This document shows positions 56,246 through 64,000 of a DNA stretch of 64,000 nt, piece by piece (positions within the stretch are counted from its first letter, which is position 1; every line of letters begins with the position of its first letter). The position numbers and the translations under genes are program-made. The stretch comes from Eledone cirrhosa (Eukaryota). The notes under the pieces are model-generated. The model saw only the letters and a list, made by a program, of their open reading frames with translations. It was not told where the DNA came from and ran no database searches. The stretch is from NCBI GenBank assembly GCA_964016885.1, contig OZ024749.1, positions 3,658,001 to 3,722,000 of the forward strand. Direction: 5' to 3'.

Positions 56246-56313
<68 letters not shown>

Positions 56314-57230
56314 ATTGAGTGAATGAGTATTTGAGACTGTGTTTAGTGAGATAGTGAGTGCGAAATATATAAACTGATGTCAAATTATGAGAATGCCAAA
56401 ACCATTTTATCTAATTATGAATCTCAATTTTGGTTTGGAATGATTCATGTGTTCTATGTTAGACGTAGTTTCATTCATGAAGACTGAACACGTTGAATTT
56501 CAATCCCCTATGGATATCGCATTGTATGGTTTCTGAGGACAGTGTGTTTAGAGATCTTTCACAGAAATATGTCCACAATCTATTTCAATCTACATAACAA
56601 ATAACAGTATTTTTCCTGGTTGTTTCTAGTGTACTACAATCAGAATACAATAGTGTTCATTCTTCTATTCCTACGCAACAATATATTTGACTACAGCAGA
56701 TAATGACATTGTGTCATTTGTCTTTATTTTGGGGTTAATCATTGTTTGTTTTTTTGTGTGTGTGTGTTTTTAAGAAATATTTTGCTGACTGTCTAACGAG
56801 GTCTAAAACTGGTAAACAGCTGTTATTGAGAATCAAACATCGGCTAGTTTGGCGAGCAAAAGTTCATATCATGCCGATAGACAATTATCGACCACCTTTC
56901 ACATGAAAAACCATTTCAAACAACATATTTCAGGATGATATAATCGAATATTTTTTCCTCTGGTACAGCATAATATCCATATTGAAATTAAAAGTTTTTT
57001 ACTAGAATTTTCTTCAATTAATTAGCTAGTTTGGAACTCTATTAATACTGTCAATAATTTCATTAAGCTAATTAATATTTCGTGTTAAAGCTTACACGAT
57101 TAAAAAAAAAACACCTAAGTCTTGTCTTTCTATAGATATATAGTTTAGAACGTGTCGGGGTAAATATACAGACGTTATGTCTTTAAACCAAGTGACATAC
57201 ACACACGCACACACACACACAAATATATAT

Positions 57231-57335
<105 letters not shown>

Positions 57336-57357
57336 TACGTATATATATGTACTTATT

Positions 57358-57389
<32 letters not shown>

Positions 57390-57400
57390 GAGAGAGAGAG

Positions 57401-57433
<33 letters not shown>

Positions 57434-57901
57434 TAGATAAAAGTTTATATATATACTTAGTATTCTAGTATTTGTTGTTTTTCCTAATACAAATCAATAT
57501 TCGCAATCCAATTTAATAGACGTTCAGCAAATTGTATAGATTGAAACTATAGCAACAACAACAGCAACAACAAAACAACAAATAAATACTTCAAATTATA
57601 GTTAGGATTGATTAAATTTTCGTACAATTATATATTGATAGGAATAAATTCTTCGGATTGATATTTGTAAAGGATTGCATTTAAATTATACGAGAATTAC
57701 GATAGAATAAAGATATAACAATTCATTGGTGATGCATCGATAGACTTTATTTTTACATTCTTATATTGTTAATCAAATTAAAATTTCAGATTATATCTAC
57801 ACACTCTGTGGTTCCGGTTTCTTTTTGTTCTTCTCTCTTCTGAAAGATAACAAATTAGTAATCGAAATATTGAAAAAAAACAATTGGTCTATGTATATAG
57901 G

Positions 57902-58030
<129 letters not shown>

Positions 58031-58041
58031 GTATATATGTA

Positions 58042-58156
<115 letters not shown>

Positions 58157-58185
58157 TTATATATACACATACATACACACAGTCT

Positions 58186-58321
<136 letters not shown>

Positions 58322-58885
58322 CATACGTGCATACATACATATATACAGGCACACAGACACCAGTATACATACAAAGCTATCATTCGTGTTTTACTTGAGT
58401 CAAACAATCTACGTATTCGGCTGATGTGAAAGCAAGCAAGCACGCTAAGTGCATTTCAATACGAACTTAAACAGTAGACACCTTAGCGATTCGTGACAAC
58501 ATCGTTTATATTGTAATATAATGTAATGTTTATAATATATACTTAGATACATTCTCATATCCTATTTCAATTCAGACAACTTTTAATTTGCCGAAAATTT
58601 TCAGCATCAAAAGCCATTGATAATAATTGCGTAAAATCGCAATGGCGCAATAGAAAACCATCACATGACGTTGATATAAAAGTCTATTATTATTAATACC
58701 AATCATTTTTAATCACAGTATAGCATAGTTTGGTGGAAATAATTGATAAGTACTTTTGTAGTAAAGTGGTCCATTTCGTTGGGATGTAATAGGAATGGAA
58801 TGGGATGCAAATGGAATAGCTATGGAAAATCAACACTCTCATATATTTGATCGTAAATGTATATATGTTTACGGATATAATGTGT

Positions 58886-58980
<95 letters not shown>

Positions 58981-58988
58981 TATATATG

Positions 58989-59036
<48 letters not shown>

Positions 59037-59037
59037 G

Positions 59038-59070
<33 letters not shown>

Positions 59071-59276
59071 TGTATGTATGTATGTGTGTGTGTGTAAGTG
59101 TGCGTGAGTGTGTGACGCGCGTGATTCGTCAATTGAATTTATACCCATACTACGTTAAGATATATCAAAGTACCTTCGATGTTTTATTACACACACTCAC
59201 ACAAACACGCACACACATACATACATATAGGTATATGTATATACATACACACACACACACACATATATATATATAA

Positions 59277-59372
<96 letters not shown>

Positions 59373-60082
59373 CTATACATACATTTATATATATCAACGC
59401 ATACAGACACACATTAACAAACATATATGTGAGTGTGATGGAGTATGTTTTCCGATTAAAATATATCTACAGCCGTGCCTGTTACCACTAGTAACTCAAG
59501 CGATAGAATCAAATAACTAATGGCTGATTTTGAGAGAACTACATTATAAGCAAAACGTTAAAGAAACTGTTGTGATGGTTTATACTGACTGAGTCTACGA
59601 TCAATTAAGACCATTTCATTGTATGAGCAATATATATTTAGACGTATACACACACAACCTCGTAAACTTATACAGGCATATATCCTCACAGATTCGTACA
59701 AACAACAAGTACACACACACATGTGTACGTACAGACCCACTCTCTTACCTTATACGTATAGACACACATTCTTTTAGCTTTGTACATAGAACAAGAAACC
59801 AAACAGACACGCACACACACATACACATACGCACACACAGCAACACACACACACACAAACAAACTATATACAATACGATGTATTTCCTCTCCAGTACAGA
59901 CAACTTCGGTCACATTCGTTTTAAAACCAGTTCATCTGAACATCTTTAATACCAGCGCTCAACGGATTTCCAAGAGAAGTGTTCGTGATTAGACCTGTTT
60001 TTCTTCAAAGATATTGTTTCGTTGTTTCTCTCACTGTCACCTTAACTCTATCGTTCTATTTCTTCTTTAATTTTTAAGTTTA

Positions 60083-60121
60083 TTTACTGATGAATGGTTA
60101 GCGGCCGAAACATTCAGAAAC
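60083..60121 (+). ncRNA. Minimal hammerhead-like motif
   Basis: ttta-CTGATGA-at-ggtt(agc)ggcc-GAAAC-AT-TC-agaaa. Confidence 0.5.
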
Positions 60122-61509
60122 TTTCCCTACTACACCAAGCGTAAAACTAATATATTTCTTAATTGCAATGTGGTGTATGCTTTGTTATTTTTGTTTGCCT
60201 TTGCATATATACACACGCATATAGCTTTAACATGTATGTGTATATATATTTGATTAATGTATATACGTATATATATATACATATACATACGTTTGGGTGC
60301 TCTGCAATAGTATCCATGACTCTCTGTTCTGATTTCGGGTGAATGAAAACAGAGAGATGTGTGTATCTAATATTATTTAATTTATCATGAACCCCAAACT
60401 AATAAAGAAATGAATATGTTTCATCTCAGTAGAGGTATACATGAAGCTTACCTGATTTAAAAAAAAATATGTAATGCCAAAGTAAATTTACCAGTGGTTT
60501 GAAATTGCTCACACGAAACTTAGTACTGTCACGTTCTTGACAGTGAGAAGATCCAAATTTGATATAACTTATGTGTCTTCTATTGGGCACTGTAGTTGTT
60601 CACATCTCTAAATAAAATTGTGACATACTTTTTTGGTGATATCGTCTCACGTTCTTCATTTCAAATTAATTACAGTACATCTAAAATATGTACAGACGTA
60701 ATAACTAATGAAAATGTTTTTTTCCGTCTAAAGAACAAATAAATATTTTCACGAAATCTTTAATTTAGCAATGTGACGAAATATATTTAATGAACCAATT
60801 TACACCATAAAATTAATTTAACGAACCAGCTATTAACGCCACTGGATTCCTTAAATGTCATCAGTAATTGAAAACATAGAGATTTGAAATGGCATAAAAT
60901 TAGGTTTCGTTCAAATAAATTCTGCTGCTTCACATATAACAGTTGATATTGTATAATGAAGTATTTATCAACACTCAATCTTTGTATGGCACTGGGTACG
61001 GGGAGATACGATAGCTACCAATGTTCATCATGACGCAGGCTTAGTCCCTCTCGTCATTGCAGATAGAATCATATTGAATAATATAGAATTGCTAAGTGCT
61101 CGGTTTAAATGTTTTAACAAAACAGTATGACATTCGGTTCGCACAAGATTAGAACAAGAGAAATATTCTAAACATAACAAATAAGAAAATTCAACTAAGG
61201 ATGCGAAAGATCAAACATTATATAATAACATTGTTTTCAGTTACACAGAGGCCGTCACATTCAATGAATAATGAATGATGTGCAGCAAATTAGTATTTTT
61301 GAAATAATGATACAGATGTGTGTTACAGAATACTCCAGGACTTAAAAACATGTGGTATAGATTTGATAGGAAAATATTATCCGTAATCTTAAACATTTTT
61401 TAAATGCTAAGAAGAAAAGGTTGTATATGTGTTTATAAATTAGCGACCCTAGGGCTATTTCAAAATATAGGGTAAGAGATATTGAGTGTGGTGCTAAGTA
61501 TATATGGAA

Positions 61510-61550
61510 CTAGCTGTTAAAACCGTGGGAGCGCAGCCGTCGGGTACCGT
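61510..61550 (-). mobile_element. Helitron-like 3' terminus
   Basis: Minus strand reads ccgacggctgcgctcccacggttttaacagCTAG|T, a GC-rich subterminal stretch followed by CTAG. Confidence 0.4.
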
Positions 61551-62120
61551 CAATTTATATTATATTCATACTTAATTATCCCAACTATCGATTCTTGATT
61601 GAAAAAAGGTCTAACAATTTATATATATATATACAGAGATATCCACGGTAAGTTGTGGGGTCTAGTCTGCATGAAGAACTCAATATAATCCATATGTTGA
61701 AAATCTTGTAGGTTAAAATAAATCCCGGAAAACAATAAAACATTAAAAGGAAAACAGAGTCGTGATATACATGCATATAGCCAGCTGTTGTCAAAAGCTT
61801 TGACTTTGTCAAAAGCATTGTCATTACTGTTGACAACAGCTGGTGATATGCATGTAAGTAAATATTCTCCTTATCTGATAGTTTGTAACTAACCTTACAT
61901 AGATCGATAACGAAGTATAGTTACAATGTATTATCATCACCTAGAAAATATCGTAAAGCAGTGAAGTATATCTCTAATGACTTGATTTTTTATTTCATTG
62001 TTTTAACTTATATAGAATAAATATGGTTTTATAAATATAGTTTCCATTTATTAATATCATTGATATATATATATATATATATACATAAATATATATATAT
62101 ATACATATATGTATATATAT

Positions 62121-62276
<156 letters not shown>

Positions 62277-62277
62277 C

Positions 62278-62308
<31 letters not shown>

Positions 62309-62385
62309 TCAATGATATTAATATATATATATATTATATAATATAATATATATATATAATATAATATAATATAATAAATATATAT

Positions 62386-62438
<53 letters not shown>

Positions 62439-62631
62439 ATGATATTAATAAATGGAAACTATATTTATAAAACCATATTTATTCTATTATATTTATTCCA
62501 AGGGTACCAAAACTTTGGTACGGGTCAAGTTTTACCTGATAAAACGTAAACCGGTAAAACTTGAACCAGGTAAAATTTGAACCGTTAAGTTCTCATTCCT
62601 GGATATGTCAATATTTATAATACAAGCTTTG

Positions 62632-62691
62632 TATTTTATCCGATGAGAGCGTACCGAACTTTTGGTACCTAGAAATATATATAATAGAATA
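62632..62691 (+). ncRNA. Hammerhead (CCGAUGA variant) in inverted-repeat element 62435-62738
   Basis: tattttat-CCGATGA-gagcgtacc(gaactttt)ggtaccta-GAAA-TATATA-TA^atagaata. Element ends are inverted (atcaatgatattaataaatggaaac / gtttccatttattaatatcattgat). Confidence 0.65.
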
Positions 62692-62747
62692 AATATGGTA
62701 TTATAAATATAGTTTCCATTTATTAATATCATTGATATTAAACTCCA

Positions 62748-62788
<41 letters not shown>

Positions 62789-62878
62789 GTTATTCCGGGT
62801 TGAATCGGAGGTAACCACAGTAAGTAAGGTACTCAATACATAGCAGAGTACAAAATACCATATTTATTTTTTGATACC

Positions 62879-62923
62879 CAGATTCCTGATGATTTCTAAT
62901 GAATGAAACAGTTCTAGTCCTGT
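62879..62923 (+). ncRNA. Minimal hammerhead-like motif, copy of 232-276
   Basis: Segment 62853-62946 matches 206-299 by eye over 94 bp. Confidence 0.55.
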
Positions 62924-62961
62924 AGAATCTCATCTATATTAAAACTTATATATATATATAT

Positions 62962-63026
<65 letters not shown>

Positions 63027-63256
63027 CATATATATATGATGAAATGCCTATGATGGTTGGAAGATCACTGATGAAGGACAAACTTTTTTCATATGTAACC
63101 CATTCGCAACTCCGCAGCGCCCTTATTATCATATATATATATATATATATATATATAAACAAATAAATAAATGAATAAATGAATAAATGAATAAATAAAC
63201 AGATTAAATAAAGATGGCGTAGGTATACAATACAACAGGAGGAACATAATAATAGC

Positions 63257-63297
63257 ACAACTGACGATGTTGCAGATGTGCAACGAAAGGACTTTGT
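63257..63297 (+). ncRNA. Hammerhead-like motif with degenerate cleavage site
   Basis: acaa-CTGACGA-t-gttgca(gatg)tgcaac-GAAA-ggact-ttgt. Confidence 0.55.
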
Positions 63298-63471
63298 TAG
63301 AGTATATATATGTGTTTGTGTCTATATTATATCTGTATTTTTTTACCGTTAACTGATATAAAATATACAGAAGCGAAAACCAACCAAACAGTGAGTGTGT
63401 TCTGTTATTAATTCTGGCAATATTATTACAATAATATGACACTCCCCAAGTATAACAATATATATATGTAA

Positions 63472-63790
63472 GAGAGTATTGAAGTTTGCTTGAAGCACTG
63501 TGGAATAATAAAAACAATTTTTGGTCGTTTTGGAAGACCCAACAATGCATATGGGTAAATCTCCGAGTGACCAATTCGGTGGTGAAGAGAGAGATGTAAG
63601 GGAATGTAGAATGAGATGTACAGTAGGAAAGTGTGTGAAAAATAAAAATAATAACACGAGTTAGAGTTACCTTGGGAGAGATTTAATTGTCCCTATATTT
63701 CGGATTCGCATACATCAACTGTGGGGTTTTCCGGGGGGAGGCGGGAGTTATCTGTCGGAGAGGAACGGTACGTGGCCTCTGTTGTCCGCT
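63472..63790 (+). mobile_element. Interspersed repeat shared with 3155-3410 (unclassified, possibly pLTR-like)
   Basis: gagagtattgaagtttgcttgaa...tcgttttggaag...agagttacct...tccctatatttcg appears in both places. Confidence 0.7.
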
Positions 63791-64000
63791 GTCAACGGCG
63801 CATAATTGTAAAATACAAGACATAAGATGTGTAACATGTAGACCTAGTGGGTGACCAGCTGTAGAAGAGAACATCTTCAGGAAAGAAACCACTCCCGTCA
63901 AAATATATCGGCCCTCTAAACTATGGTGAGGTTGGGTAAGATCAGGTAAGGTATCAAAGTTGTGTTTCTACGAACCTTCCCATTGACATATTTCACCCAT

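Overview
AT-rich, microsatellite-saturated eukaryotic DNA. The SINE family and (TA)n/(CA)n load resemble an octopod cephalopod genome; this is an inference. I found no convincing cellular gene. Almost all supplied ORFs are translations of dinucleotide or trinucleotide repeats. Real coding remnants are a 5'-truncated, frameshifted Penelope-like element of the Naiad type (RT + GIY-YIG, minus strand, ~40.5-43.95 kb) and RTE-clade LINE fragments. There are about 20 copies of one tRNA-derived SINE, Helitron-like pieces and two minisatellites. The main hidden signal is a dense population of short non-coding elements, mostly inserted in (TA)n tracts, from at least 8 unrelated families. They carry type I hammerhead ribozyme cores (CUGANGA...GAAA...NUH). 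They are mostly arranged as long inverted repeats, including a palindrome of palindromes with four ribozymes, or as tandem units. They share a GAG(C/T)ACT tail motif. All folds were assigned by eye and need computational and biochemical checks.
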